DNA from: an uncultured Candidatus Saccharibacteria bacterium
GTDB lineage: Bacteria > Patescibacteriota > Minisyncoccia > Phycocordibacterales > UBA1006
Direction of reading: 5' to 3'
Assembly: GCA_964601935.1 (NCBI GenBank)
Contig: CAZROP010000001.1
Span: 20,127 to 84,126, forward strand
Length of the DNA stretch: 64,000 bases
The notes below the pieces were generated by a model. The model searched no databases, had not been told where the DNA came from, and worked only from the letters and a program-made list of their open reading frames with translations. Below are positions 49,228 through 58,982 of this stretch, piece by piece. The number at the start of each line of letters is the position of its first letter. Position 1 is the first letter of the stretch. The translations under genes and the position numbers were made by a program.

Positions 49228-50196
49228 TTACCGCCCCAGCGTTTCTCCTATAACGCGTGCTAATTTCTGTAAAGACTCGTCATCGAACACACTCACGGGA
49301 TATACCGGCACTCCGATTGCCTGCGACAGGTGTGCCACTATTTCATCTGCATTTTGAACTTCATCTGACTGCGATAATACTACGATCTCTTGTTTTTCTA
49401 TCAGACTGGTATCGAACTTTTCAAGTTCTTTGCGAATAGCACGATAAGATTCTACAGGATCAGGATTGATTGCAGCGACCAGATGCACTAATACTCGTGT
49501 ACGCTTGATATGACGTAGGAACTTTATACCCAACCCCTTTCCTTCGCTCGCCCCTTCGATCAATCCTGGAATATCAGCAATAATAGCTCCACTGGGCAAT
49601 ACGCCTAAATGTGGCTCTAGGGTAGTAAAATGATACGCGGCTACTTTTGACTTTGCATTTGTGAACGCATTCAACAGTGATGATTTACCTGCACTCGGCA
49701 AACCAATCAGACCAATATCCGCAACCATGCGCAGCTCTATATCAAATGTACCCGACTCGCCTTCGGCGCCAGGAGTACATTCTATAGGGCTCGTATTGCG
49801 AGAAGATTTGAACCATTCATTACCCAGCCCGCCACGACCACCGGCTAATAATTGTTCCTTCTGACCAATCTGGGTCAACTCCCATTCGAAACCGCTCTCG
49901 CGCTGACGTATTACCGTACCCACTGGAAACTTCAAAACCAGATCATCGCCTGACGCACCCTGCTTCCCGAAGTTTTCTCCATCACCGCCACGAGCAGCAG
50001 AAAAGGAATTTTTGAACTGATAATTCGATAAATATCCCAGATCTGAAACCGCCTCTACCCATACATCGCCACCCTTGCCACCGTTACCACCACCAGGACC
50101 TGAAAGAGGTTTGAACTTTTCTGTTCTCCAGCGCACAACACCATCGCCACCGCGACCTGCCTGTATTTGTAAAGTGAGTTCATCAACGAATGCCAT
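49228..50196 (-). CDS. obgE: GTPase Obg/CgtA
   Basis: MAFVDE..AG.GG.G, Gly-rich Obg domain, G.PSAGKSS, YHFTTL.P and DIPGLIEGA motifs. Confidence 0.95.
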   Translation of the reverse strand: MAFVDELTLQIQAGRGGDGVVRWRTEKFKPLSGPGGGNGGKGGDVWVEAVSDLGYLSNYQFKNSFSAARGGDGENFGKQGASGDDLVLKFPVGTVIRQRESGFEWELTQIGQKEQLLAGGRGGLGNEWFKSSRNTSPIECTPGAEGESGTFDIELRMVADIGLIGLPSAGKSSLLNAFTNAKSKVAAYHFTTLEPHLGVLPSGAIIADIPGLIEGASEGKGLGIKFLRHIKRTRVLVHLVAAINPDPVESYRAIRKELEKFDTSLIEKQEIVVLSQSDEVQNADEIVAHLSQAIGVPVYPVSVFDDESLQKLARVIGETLGR

Positions 50197-50221
50197 ATGA
50201 TTTTTTTTGATTATATTATTT

Positions 50222-50373
50222 GAGGATTCGGTCACAAAACATGCGTTCTCAGTACTCGTGCTCTGCACTCGTATTCGAACACTGTTTCGCGACCCCTGTT
50301 CGAATCCTCGTGGGTCGCGTAGCAATACAATCAAAATGCTTCTGAGGTCGCATGTTTGATTGTTTGCTAATTG
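50222..50373 (-). repeat. tRNA-linked antisense/hairpin element after tRNA-Trp
   Basis: 17-bp perfect inverted copy (50298-50314) of tRNA positions 50378-50394; core arms at 50283-50298 and 50228-50242 identical to those after tRNA-Leu; terminal GAATCCTC. Confidence 0.85.
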
Positions 50374-50444
50374 CGGGCCCACGAGGATTCGAACCTCGGT
50401 CAACGGTTTTGGAGACCGCTATTCTACCACTGAACTATAAGCCC
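50374..50444 (-). tRNA. tRNA-Trp(CCA), CCA end not encoded
   Basis: GGGCTTA/TGGGCCC acceptor stem; GCGGT-CTCCAAA-ACCGT anticodon arm; follows rpmG. Confidence 0.95.
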
Positions 50445-50553
50445 GATCGAGAAGGCGAACCTAGCTCTTATCTGATATTCTACACTTTTTTCTGAAAAAA
50501 TGAACCCCAACTATGCAATCGGCCGTTCGCACAGCGAACGGCCGACCACTCAA

Positions 50554-50715
50554 TTATTTCTTCGCCAGAGAAAACTCTACATGAGTACGAGTTTTCGGGT
50601 CGTACTTTTTGAGCTTTAACTTGAAATTCTTATTACCCAACTTTTTCTTGTTAAAGGTTGTATGAATAACGGTTCCTGATTTTGACTTTATTTTGACAAG
50701 TTTTTCCTGTGACAT
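50554..50715 (-). CDS. rpmG: 50S ribosomal protein L33 (no Zn-finger cysteines)
   Basis: T..NKK..KL.LKKYDP..R.HV.F motif; upstream of tRNA-Trp. Confidence 0.88.
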   Translation of the reverse strand: MSQEKLVKIKSKSGTVIHTTFNKKKLGNKNFKLKLKKYDPKTRTHVEFSLAKK

Positions 50716-50853
50716 AGAGTACTCGTATAGTATCAAAGATTGACATTTTTGCAAGACACCCTGCGCAAAACGTGACCCATTGACCAAAAGTAAAAACAGC
50801 CTTCCTATTGACAGACTATCATATTTAAGATATCATACGTAAAACTACTGATA

Positions 50854-51591
50854 ATGAAGAAGTTAATAATCATTCTGCTGCTAGCGCATAGCTGCATCGC
50901 CTCGGCGCAACAGGACACCTTGACGGTTATATCCTGGAATATTGGGATGTTGTTTCCCAAAAAATACAATGATGATGTGACCACAAAGTACTACCGTGGA
51001 GGATTCACAGATATCGCCTTGCCTGGTGAAGTCTACGTTCTAACTGAGGTATACCCGGGGAACGAGAGCGTACACAATGACAGGTGTTACTGTTACGAAA
51101 GGCACACCCATATGCTTACGAGTCTCAACTGTGTAACATGGGGTTCAAACTTTCAAACCCCGGTTGTCGTGCTCGATACTAGCGTAATAAACCACCGAAT
51201 CCAGGCACTGGACTTCGGTACATTTATTATCGTACCAGCACATTTACACACCTACTTGGGGAAGCGACGATTTGCCGTAATGAAAGCTATCGTGGAGTGG
51301 GCACAGACAGTAAACAAACCGGTAATCATCGCGGGTGATTACAATACCCGGGGGACCCACTGGAAAGGCAAGTTAATTGTAAACAACTGGGATAAAAAAC
51401 TATTCCAGTTGTTGCGCGATGCCGGCTTCATGGATGCCGGGTTTGAACAAAACACGTACCGATTCGCACCCGCGCGAATCGACTGGATCTTTGCAAGAGG
51501 AATGAATGAGTATTCTGCAATAAAAACGAAAGGTGTCTCTCCTTTCGACCATATCCCAATTATGACAAAGCTCATACTCAAAACTGAATAG
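50854..51591 (+). CDS. Secreted endonuclease/exonuclease/phosphatase (EEP) family protein
   Basis: Signal peptide; VISWNI, HL, IIAGDYN, RIDWIF and DHIP motifs. Confidence 0.85.
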   Translation: MKKLIIILLLAHSCIASAQQDTLTVISWNIGMLFPKKYNDDVTTKYYRGGFTDIALPGEVYVLTEVYPGNESVHNDRCYCYERHTHMLTSLNCVTWGSNFQTPVVVLDTSVINHRIQALDFGTFIIVPAHLHTYLGKRRFAVMKAIVEWAQTVNKPVIIAGDYNTRGTHWKGKLIVNNWDKKLFQLLRDAGFMDAGFEQNTYRFAPARIDWIFARGMNEYSAIKTKGVSPFDHIPIMTKLILKTE

Positions 51592-51837
51592 CCTCAGTAG
51601 GAGCAATATCAACAAGCTTGAATTAGTTACCTAATTCAAGCTTTTTTAACTGATAAAATAGATCACCGACCAACCGCCCTTTGAAACAAAATTCAAGCCT
51701 AATTCTTTTAGGCAGTTGGCAGCATATGATATCCTCAATCTGCCGATGTGACTTCACTCCTTTACAATCTGGGAAAATACATTAGTATACTAGACATATA
51801 GAGGTGGATTGCTGCCTGTATATAATCCAATATATTT

Positions 51838-51910
51838 GGGCCCTTAGCTCACTTGGTAGAGCGCCGGTTTTGCACTCCGGAGGCAAGCAGTTCGAATCTG
51901 CTAGGGTCCA
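51838..51910 (+). tRNA. tRNA-Ala(TGC), CCA not encoded
   Basis: G3-U70 pair in the GGGCCCT/AGGGTCC acceptor stem; TTTGCAC anticodon loop; GTTCGAATC. Confidence 0.93.
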
Positions 51911-51996
51911 CAGTAATAAATAAAAACAGGCGAGTATGCCTCTTTTACTAAAAAACAAGCTATCTATTGATTCATGTTTTCTGGTATACTAGCTGA

Positions 51997-52103
51997 GTAC
52001 CTAGTTACAGCAGGCTAAGGCTTTGTGTCTTTCCTGATCGAGTGTAGAAACAGCATCATCAGTGGGCACGATTAGGGTCTTCGGGTTTTCTGTAAGTGGG
52101 TAC
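51997..52103 (+). ncRNA. Candidate G-U-rich rod-shaped RNA
   Basis: TATACT at 51985-51990; stacked helices GTACCTA/TGGGTAC, TTACAG/CTGTAA, AAGGCT/GGTCTT, TTGTGTCT/GGGCACGA, CTGAT/ATCAG. Confidence 0.6.
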
Positions 52104-52174
52104 AACTGTCTATCTAGTGGTACCTTTTATTAGCATACCCCTAACTTATTCGTAATAAAGTAAATTAATTTTTT

Positions 52175-52879
52175 ATGAAAGAACTATTTAAAACATATAT
52201 TTTAATAATGACTCTATTCAGCATACTTGTTATGCCTTCAGGCGTACATGCTGTCACAAACGCAAGCTATGTAAAACTTCAAAAAGAAAATAAATTACTT
52301 AAAGCTCAACTCGCACAACTAAAAGAACAAACCCTATCTTGCAAGACAGATAAACTGGGCCAAACCAGCTCTACCACACCACTTAATGAGAAAAAGGTGC
52401 TAGTCAGCGTTAAGTGGGTGAACACTTTTAGCCCCGATATAGGTATAAATCAAACACCTGCTTTCGTTGCTTACAAAATTGAAAATACTTCTAATGTCGA
52501 CATTCCCATAGACAGTATTACTTTTAGCGTAGAAACAAAAGGACAAGAGTATTCTATAGGTTATCGCGAAACTCTATACTCTTTTTCTACAAAAGAGCGT
52601 AATAAAAATAATGCATTCTATCTTCCTGTTGACAATGTGACTAATCCTGTCACACACGAATTTGAAGAATCTATAATTATCCCAGCAAATAGTACTAAAG
52701 TACTTTACTTAAACATGTGGGGCTTTTCAGGAGGGCTTGCGGCTCTAAGATTCGGTGGCGCAGGAAGTACGGTTATTACATTGCACTCGCTCAAGTCCTT
52801 AAAACAAGGTACTGTATTTGACTTAGGAGCAGATGGAAAACTGATAGCCATTGACTACCACAAACAAGGATCGCTTTAG
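52175..52879 (+). CDS. Hypothetical secreted protein with short coiled coil
   Basis: Signal peptide ending GVHA; LQKENKLLKAQLAQLK; AT-rich. Confidence 0.7.
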   Translation: MKELFKTYILIMTLFSILVMPSGVHAVTNASYVKLQKENKLLKAQLAQLKEQTLSCKTDKLGQTSSTTPLNEKKVLVSVKWVNTFSPDIGINQTPAFVAYKIENTSNVDIPIDSITFSVETKGQEYSIGYRETLYSFSTKERNKNNAFYLPVDNVTNPVTHEFEESIIIPANSTKVLYLNMWGFSGGLAALRFGGAGSTVITLHSLKSLKQGTVFDLGADGKLIAIDYHKQGSL

Positions 52880-52961
52880 AAAAGCTTTTAACAAAAATGA
52901 TTTCAAAAAAACCGTTGTTGCAAATAATGCAACAACGGTTTTTGGTTGAGTAGATCTGTAC

Positions 52962-53357
52962 TTACAGCATCATCGAATGCAGCGCTATTCGATTACCTTC
53001 CGAATCTTCTATGCTCGCGATGTGTCCATTCTCGCCGATTTCTATACCTGACTTTAACACGTGTATACCCAGCTCCTTTGCACGCGCGAGTGCGCCACTA
53101 ATGCTCGCAACCGAGAAATATACCAACACCCCTTCCAATGACGGCTTCATATGCGGACCTTTGACCAACTGCCCTGCTGCGCCATACATAGTCATAGTAT
53201 CGGGACCCATCGGGAACCAACTGGTTTCTACTCCGTCTTTTTCGGGCTGACGGATACATTCAAAATCCAGGAATTCTTTATAAAATTTTTCTGCACGACC
53301 CATGTCCGTCACAGGAATATCGAACCATCCAATTGGGTTACCTTTTTCTTTTTCCAT
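52962..53357 (-). CDS. VOC/glyoxalase family protein
   Basis: WFDIPVTDM.RA.KFY, LVYF and DSEGNRIALHS motifs. Confidence 0.9.
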   Translation of the reverse strand: MEKEKGNPIGWFDIPVTDMGRAEKFYKEFLDFECIRQPEKDGVETSWFPMGPDTMTMYGAAGQLVKGPHMKPSLEGVLVYFSVASISGALARAKELGIHVLKSGIEIGENGHIASIEDSEGNRIALHSMML

Positions 53358-53475
53358 ATACTGCTTAGTGATTATCTAGTAGTAGGCTCAGTATAGCATT
53401 GCCGTTGACAAAATATTAACTCAAAAAAACAAACCCTGACAATAACCATTGTCAGGGGGTTTTAGTATGAATTTT

Positions 53476-54744
53476 TCATGTAATCACCTCGTTGCTAGGA
53501 GGAACGATATGGATTCCTCCACTTTTGATTATTGTACCCTCTGCAAGCAGATGTGCATTTACGAGCGTAGCCCCAACATGTGCGGGCCGGTGATCCCACT
53601 CACCTTTTTCATTTTTGTAACGAACAATACGTACATGCTGGCGGCGATAGTGGGGCTGCACCGTATACCCTCCGGCTCTTTTTACAACAATATGAGAAGA
53701 ATTTGCACGGAGGCGACCGATTTCAATCGTTTGACTAATGTCTACAACATGCCATGACTGTTGGTACCTTGGTGATAGTGCTACTTGGTGCAGCATTTCA
53801 GTACCTATTTCAACAAACGGACTATTCACATGCGCCTCAGCACAAATCCTACAGATTCTGTTAACGATCTCTACAACACCTACTAGAGTTTTTCCATCCT
53901 CCATTGTATAGATTGATGCTGTTAGCGGTTTGAAATCGCTACTGTATGCACGACCAATCCCTCCAGGTGAAATTGATGCAAACCCGCAAAAACCTTTACC
54001 CATAGAGTCGACAGTAGCCTGTAACTTCTGCGCCAGCTTCTGAAATAGCTTAACTTTTGAACTACGTACAGCTGCGGTGGCATCTCTGAAATCCTTTTCT
54101 TGTTCCGGTGACATAAGACAATGTTCCACCTCATCAGACCAAACCATAATATGAGTTTGGCCATTCTCCCCCGCTACCACTAAAATATTATTCATATCCC
54201 AACCCTCAGCAGGCATATTGTGAGACGTGGCGTGGCCGACATGTAGGCTATTGTCTATACGATATTCATTTTCGTAGCGGATGTATAAGGCTGGATACGG
54301 TAACGCATCCAGCCAGTACTCTGTGCGTAAGTCCAGCGGCTGAATGACCCCTGACTCTACAGTAATCGCTCTGCGTACTCCTCCCCATTTCTGTACCATG
54401 TATGGAATCATTAACTGGTTTGGCACGTTATAGGACCTAACGATATCGAACTGCGAAACCTTTCCTAAAAGATCTTTAGGAACACGCGGTAGAAACTGAT
54501 ATGGCGATTCCACAGACACAGCAGTAGGATCCTCTAACCACTTCCGCAAGTTCTGGTATTCTTTTATACTCCGTACCAAGCCCCAAGAGGGACCCAGTTC
54601 AGACCCAGCCCTTGGAGCTACTTTCCGAGCATCTGCTCCATGCTTTGATCCAGTGCGAAATATTTCGAACATCCCTCCCGCAACCAACTGGTAGTCTTCC
54701 CAATGGCGGAGCAAATTATCTAAGTGTGTCCCTAATAGTTTCAT
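53476..54744 (-). CDS. Hypothetical protein with C-terminal PHxRRxH motif
   Basis: 422-aa ORF followed by a terminator; VQPHYRRQHVR. Confidence 0.7.
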   Translation of the reverse strand: MKLLGTHLDNLLRHWEDYQLVAGGMFEIFRTGSKHGADARKVAPRAGSELGPSWGLVRSIKEYQNLRKWLEDPTAVSVESPYQFLPRVPKDLLGKVSQFDIVRSYNVPNQLMIPYMVQKWGGVRRAITVESGVIQPLDLRTEYWLDALPYPALYIRYENEYRIDNSLHVGHATSHNMPAEGWDMNNILVVAGENGQTHIMVWSDEVEHCLMSPEQEKDFRDATAAVRSSKVKLFQKLAQKLQATVDSMGKGFCGFASISPGGIGRAYSSDFKPLTASIYTMEDGKTLVGVVEIVNRICRICAEAHVNSPFVEIGTEMLHQVALSPRYQQSWHVVDISQTIEIGRLRANSSHIVVKRAGGYTVQPHYRRQHVRIVRYKNEKGEWDHRPAHVGATLVNAHLLAEGTIIKSGGIHIVPPSNEVIT

Positions 54745-54874
54745 TCGTTTCAGTTTTAGATGAAGAAATTTGAGGCTCTTTATACCACAAGTGGGTCATA
54801 AGGTCAATGACTTACTCACCGTAGAGACACCAGGATATATCTCACACAGGGCTAAACAGTGTATACTAGAATCT

Positions 54875-55318
54875 ATGCAAGAGGAGTACTGCCTGATCAA
54901 ACGAATACCAACATTCTGGAATTACATTCCACTCTTGGGAACTGACATGGCTATGACTGCTTTTGGTGTTATATACTTTCCTCCTGACCAGTATGACGAT
55001 CTGCATTCTGACAATCCCAGCACTTGGATTCAATCTGTACTGATTCACGAAAAAGTGCACGCGCATCGACAGGCAAAAATGGGCGGCACGCAGTGGGGTC
55101 TGCGCTATATAGTATCCCGCAAGTTTCGACTGAATGAAGAACTGCTCGCGATCAGAGAACAGATGCTGTTTCTTAAAAAACATAATGGGTCTTATGATAT
55201 AGAACGTAAAGCGCGGCAGTTCGCTGGCGCTGCATACCTATGGGTTTTGCCCTACCAACAAGCAATCACGGTACTTAACAACCTATGGAATTCTTGCAAT
55301 ACACAAGAAGTCCGATAA
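54875..55318 (+). CDS. Small HExxH zincin-like protein
   Basis: AMTAFG..IYF, LIHEKVH..Q and EEL.A motifs; TATACT 7 nt before ATG 54875. Confidence 0.7.
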   Translation: MQEEYCLIKRIPTFWNYIPLLGTDMAMTAFGVIYFPPDQYDDLHSDNPSTWIQSVLIHEKVHAHRQAKMGGTQWGLRYIVSRKFRLNEELLAIREQMLFLKKHNGSYDIERKARQFAGAAYLWVLPYQQAITVLNNLWNSCNTQEVR

Positions 55319-55368
55319 AAGTATCAAAATACTGACAAATATGGGTCTCTGTGGTATGGTGCGTCTAT

Positions 55369-56880
55369 ATGATGACGCTGAAAAATATCGCATTCTGGTA
55401 TGACGAGGATCACCCACTGTTCGAAGAGGTGTCGTTCAAGATTATAAAGAATGACCGCTTGGTTATTGTAGGAGAAAATGGCGCAGGTAAATCCACTCTG
55501 CTACAGATTATTGCAGGACTGATCGAGCCCGAAGAAGGAAATGTACATACTGATCCAGGTGTTCGTATGCTGTACGTGTTCCAGGAATTTGATGGGCACA
55601 ACGAGCTCATCCGTGACTACATAATAAAGCGTACAAAAAATGTCGGCGCAGCCATGGCATGCGCTGCGCAATTCGGATTCGATGCGAACAAATATCCTGT
55701 AGACTCTACGTTCTGCAAAAACCTATCAGGAGGACAACAAAAGGCATTGCAATTGTCATGTGCATTCGTAGAAGAGCCATCAATACTGTTATTGGATGAG
55801 CCAGAAAACCACTTGGATATTATCGCCCGCAAGCATCTGATAGAAAAGATCCGATCATTCCCTGGTGCAGTCGTTCTGATTTCCCACGACCAGACGACGC
55901 TATCAACTGTAGTGAATCGCACCATAGAAATCATCGACCAGCAAATGTTCCTCACCAATGGTGGCTACGAGGAATATAAGATTGCTCGACAGCGACGTGT
56001 AGAAGCAGCCGTTAGAGATAAAAAGTCTATGGTCAAAAAAGCATCGGAAATGCAGGACGCACTCGTCATCATGCATCAAAAGGCATTCCGCGGAAAGTCC
56101 ACAGGCGACTACCGCGCCCGCAAGGCAGAACTCGCAGAACTAAAAGAAACTTTGAAAAATACCAAACCACCGAGCGGCGACCAGGCAAAAAAACTGGGCG
56201 GCAAAATAACAGCAGAAGACCGCAGCGAAGGCAGGTTCATTTGGGAGTCTGACGAATTACGTTATCGATATGACGGCAGTAATGCAGATGCGTTTCGTAG
56301 TGACGAGTTATCAATACGATTCGGAGATAGAATTGGATTGGTTGGACGTAATGGTGCTGGCAAATCAACCCTGGTGAATACCCTCACCAACAAACTAACA
56401 CCAACACATGGAACAGTACGATGGGCACCCGATATTAGTTACGAAATGTTCAATCAGCATATGCATTTGCCCGAAGACCAAAATACCGTACAGGTAGTAC
56501 GCGACGAACGCAACTGCAGCGAAGAAGAGGCATTCCGTATTCTGGGACAGGCAAAGCTATCGAATAAAATATTATCGAAATTAAAGGTTCGCGATCTATC
56601 TGGCGGACAGCGTATGCGATTACGATTTGCATTAGCATTTTCGCGACCGCTCGACCTGATCATTCTGGACGAACCGACGAATAATCTGGACGAATCAACA
56701 CTAGAGATTCTGAAAAACCTTATTAATGATTTCCCTGGTGCGGTACTGATCATTACCCATGATCGCGCATTCATGGAACAACTGGATCTGCACAAATTCT
56801 GGTATATTACTGGTAATACTGTACACGAAACCTATAAAGACTTATCAGATATTCTGAAAGAAATGGAAAAATCCCGCTAG
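55369..56880 (+). CDS. ABC-F family ATPase
   Basis: Two NBDs (GENGAGKST, LSGGQ, LDEPENHLD; GRNGAGKST, LDEPTNNLD) and no TM segments. Confidence 0.92.
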   Translation: MMTLKNIAFWYDEDHPLFEEVSFKIIKNDRLVIVGENGAGKSTLLQIIAGLIEPEEGNVHTDPGVRMLYVFQEFDGHNELIRDYIIKRTKNVGAAMACAAQFGFDANKYPVDSTFCKNLSGGQQKALQLSCAFVEEPSILLLDEPENHLDIIARKHLIEKIRSFPGAVVLISHDQTTLSTVVNRTIEIIDQQMFLTNGGYEEYKIARQRRVEAAVRDKKSMVKKASEMQDALVIMHQKAFRGKSTGDYRARKAELAELKETLKNTKPPSGDQAKKLGGKITAEDRSEGRFIWESDELRYRYDGSNADAFRSDELSIRFGDRIGLVGRNGAGKSTLVNTLTNKLTPTHGTVRWAPDISYEMFNQHMHLPEDQNTVQVVRDERNCSEEEAFRILGQAKLSNKILSKLKVRDLSGGQRMRLRFALAFSRPLDLIILDEPTNNLDESTLEILKNLINDFPGAVLIITHDRAFMEQLDLHKFWYITGNTVHETYKDLSDILKEMEKSR

Positions 56881-56908
56881 TGCGGGATTTTTTATAGTAG
56901 AAATCTCT

Positions 56909-57289
56909 CTACTGCCGACTTTCTCGACGCTCCTCAAAAATCGCATTCTTAAATTTACGCGAGGACGTTATACTCATAAAGTCTAGGATTTCTGACTCCA
57001 GCTTATTTTCTAACTCTTTATAATGAGGAGATGTTTCTCCCAATCTTGCCATTTCAGCTCTTATTTCTTCGGTCTTCTGTTTTAATTCCCGTAATTTCTG
57101 ATTGTATATTTCTATTTCTTCCTCTGAAGGTTTGCCATTACGCCGCTCGTGGAGGCGAGGTCTTTTTATTTTCTCAGGAAGAGTTGCTTTTTTATGCGTA
57201 GTATTATCCGGCGCAGCAGAGCCTCCATCTGTATTAATAGACCCCCAGCTATTCTGCATTCCTTCCAATCCTCCACCAAAGCTTGCCAT
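56909..57289 (-). CDS. Hypothetical coiled-coil protein
   Basis: Charged helical ORF; TATACT 8 nt before ATG 57289. Confidence 0.6.
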   Translation of the reverse strand: MASFGGGLEGMQNSWGSINTDGGSAAPDNTTHKKATLPEKIKRPRLHERRNGKPSEEEIEIYNQKLRELKQKTEEIRAEMARLGETSPHYKELENKLESEILDFMSITSSRKFKNAIFEERRESRQ

Positions 57290-57338
57290 ATACCAGAAGT
57301 ATATCATTATTTTCCACAATGCGATATACTATAGTCAT

Positions 57339-57695
57339 ATGGAAAAGCTCAACCTCATCAAAAACATTTATATCTACGCCTTATCAGGCATCACTCTCAT
57401 CATATTTTTAGTATCAATTACTAATATGCTGACAAAAATCCCAGACGTGCTCTACCCTACCACCTACACCCAGACATTCCCGGAATATAAACAAATGTTA
57501 CCGGCAAATGACACTCGTCCACCAGAACAGATCCGTGCAGAGCTCGACGAGCGCAATCAAAAGATGATAGAGCAGGAACAATTGAATCAGAAAAAACAAT
57601 TATTCAACAATGGAATCTGGGCATTGGTATCTGCAGTTGCTTTCGGGTATTTCCATCGCGAGCGAAAAGAAATCGACAAACAGAATAAGAAATAG
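57339..57695 (+). CDS. Hypothetical 2-TM membrane protein
   Basis: IKNIYIY..S.I.L N-terminus with two TM segments; TATACT 8 nt before ATG. Confidence 0.7.
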   Translation: MEKLNLIKNIYIYALSGITLIIFLVSITNMLTKIPDVLYPTTYTQTFPEYKQMLPANDTRPPEQIRAELDERNQKMIEQEQLNQKKQLFNNGIWALVSAVAFGYFHRERKEIDKQNKK

Positions 57696-57746
57696 AAAAA
57701 TCAAACTCTCCGAGACATACAATATATCTCGGAGAGTTTTTAAAAA

Positions 57747-58982
57747 CTATTTTTTCTTGTCAATAAAATTCTTATCTCTCGTTTTTTTGTGAAATTCTAA
57801 TGCATAACGATGTGCCTCTGAATTGGCCAGCAGTATTGCCTGTCGCCATGAGTCAATAATACGTGCATCGCCCAGAATATCTCGCGGCTGGTGTCGTTCG
57901 TCCTTTACCACGCTGACAACTGCAGTGTCTACACGAAATGTGTTTTTTGCTGATTCGCCTATGCCACGCTGAACCTCGTTACCGTCACACACCATAATAT
58001 TTGGGAATCTCCATTCACGATGACGGAATCTACGCACCAGGATTTGTGCCAATGCGGCTGGATCGTTCGATGATTCAATACCTCTGATATGGAATTTCCT
58101 ATACTCGGATTTCTGGGGTTCACCATTTTCTAATACGACCATCACGCCTACCATAGATTTTCCCCCTATATGCGCCACATCGTATGCTTCGATACGTACT
58201 GATCGAATGGATGATTCGTGTCGATCAGATTTTATCAGAGTAACATCACGTATATGCTCCAATGCCCATATTGTGTTGCGCAGATGTGTTGCGGATTCAA
58301 AGTCTTCCTGCTCTACTGCCGCCTGCATACGGTGTGACAAATCATCAATTAACCCACGCCAGTCCCCCGACAATACTCTACAGAAATCATCGATCATTTG
58401 ATGATACTGCGTTACCATATCAGCATCGGCTCGTGCTGCCAATCCTAGAGATTCATAGAATCTATCCCTGTGCTTGTTTATAGTTTTTCCTGAACGAAAC
58501 GGGAAAATGCGACGGAGCAATCGTAATGCCTCCCGAATCACCGGACCATTAGGGAATGGCCCGAATGTACGTAGCGTACCGTACTTTGTAACTGACGTGT
58601 CCTCATTTTGCTCCAACACTCTGCCCCGTTCTAGGAATACTCTGGGATACTCCTCGTCAGTTACTACGACATAGTAATAACTTTTATTATCTTTTTCTTT
58701 TGTATTGTAGTAGGGCTGGAACTTCTTTATCAGATTTGCTTCTAGTATCACCGCTTCCAATACATTCTTTGTTTCCGTCCAATCTATATGATCTGCGCGC
58801 ACCACCATGTCCACGAATGCTACACCTCTATCGTGCATCAAATCTTTACCGAAATAACTTCGCACACGATCACGCAAACTAGTCGCGCGCCCTACATACA
58901 AAATAACCCCATCAGAATCGATGAATCTATATACACCAGGCGCATCAGGTAGTGCTGCCTGTTTTAGCTGCTCATTCGTCAT
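57747..58982 (-). CDS. uvrC: Short UvrC-like excinuclease (GIY-YIG, UVR and RNase H-like domains; no HhH)
   Basis: LPDAPGVYRF..LYVGRA..LRDRVRSYF, FE.A..LRN, IEAYDVAH and EAHRYA motifs. Confidence 0.88.
   Translation of the reverse strand: MTNEQLKQAALPDAPGVYRFIDSDGVILYVGRATSLRDRVRSYFGKDLMHDRGVAFVDMVVRADHIDWTETKNVLEAVILEANLIKKFQPYYNTKEKDNKSYYYVVVTDEEYPRVFLERGRVLEQNEDTSVTKYGTLRTFGPFPNGPVIREALRLLRRIFPFRSGKTINKHRDRFYESLGLAARADADMVTQYHQMIDDFCRVLSGDWRGLIDDLSHRMQAAVEQEDFESATHLRNTIWALEHIRDVTLIKSDRHESSIRSVRIEAYDVAHIGGKSMVGVMVVLENGEPQKSEYRKFHIRGIESSNDPAALAQILVRRFRHREWRFPNIMVCDGNEVQRGIGESAKNTFRVDTAVVSVVKDERHQPRDILGDARIIDSWRQAILLANSEAHRYALEFHKKTRDKNFIDKKK

Noticed and set aside
50197-50403. N-terminal extensions of Obg (also YibE/F, L24, L29, helicase) in the ORF track
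   Set aside because: They overlap tRNAs, hairpins or neighbouring genes; downstream ATGs match the family N-termini.
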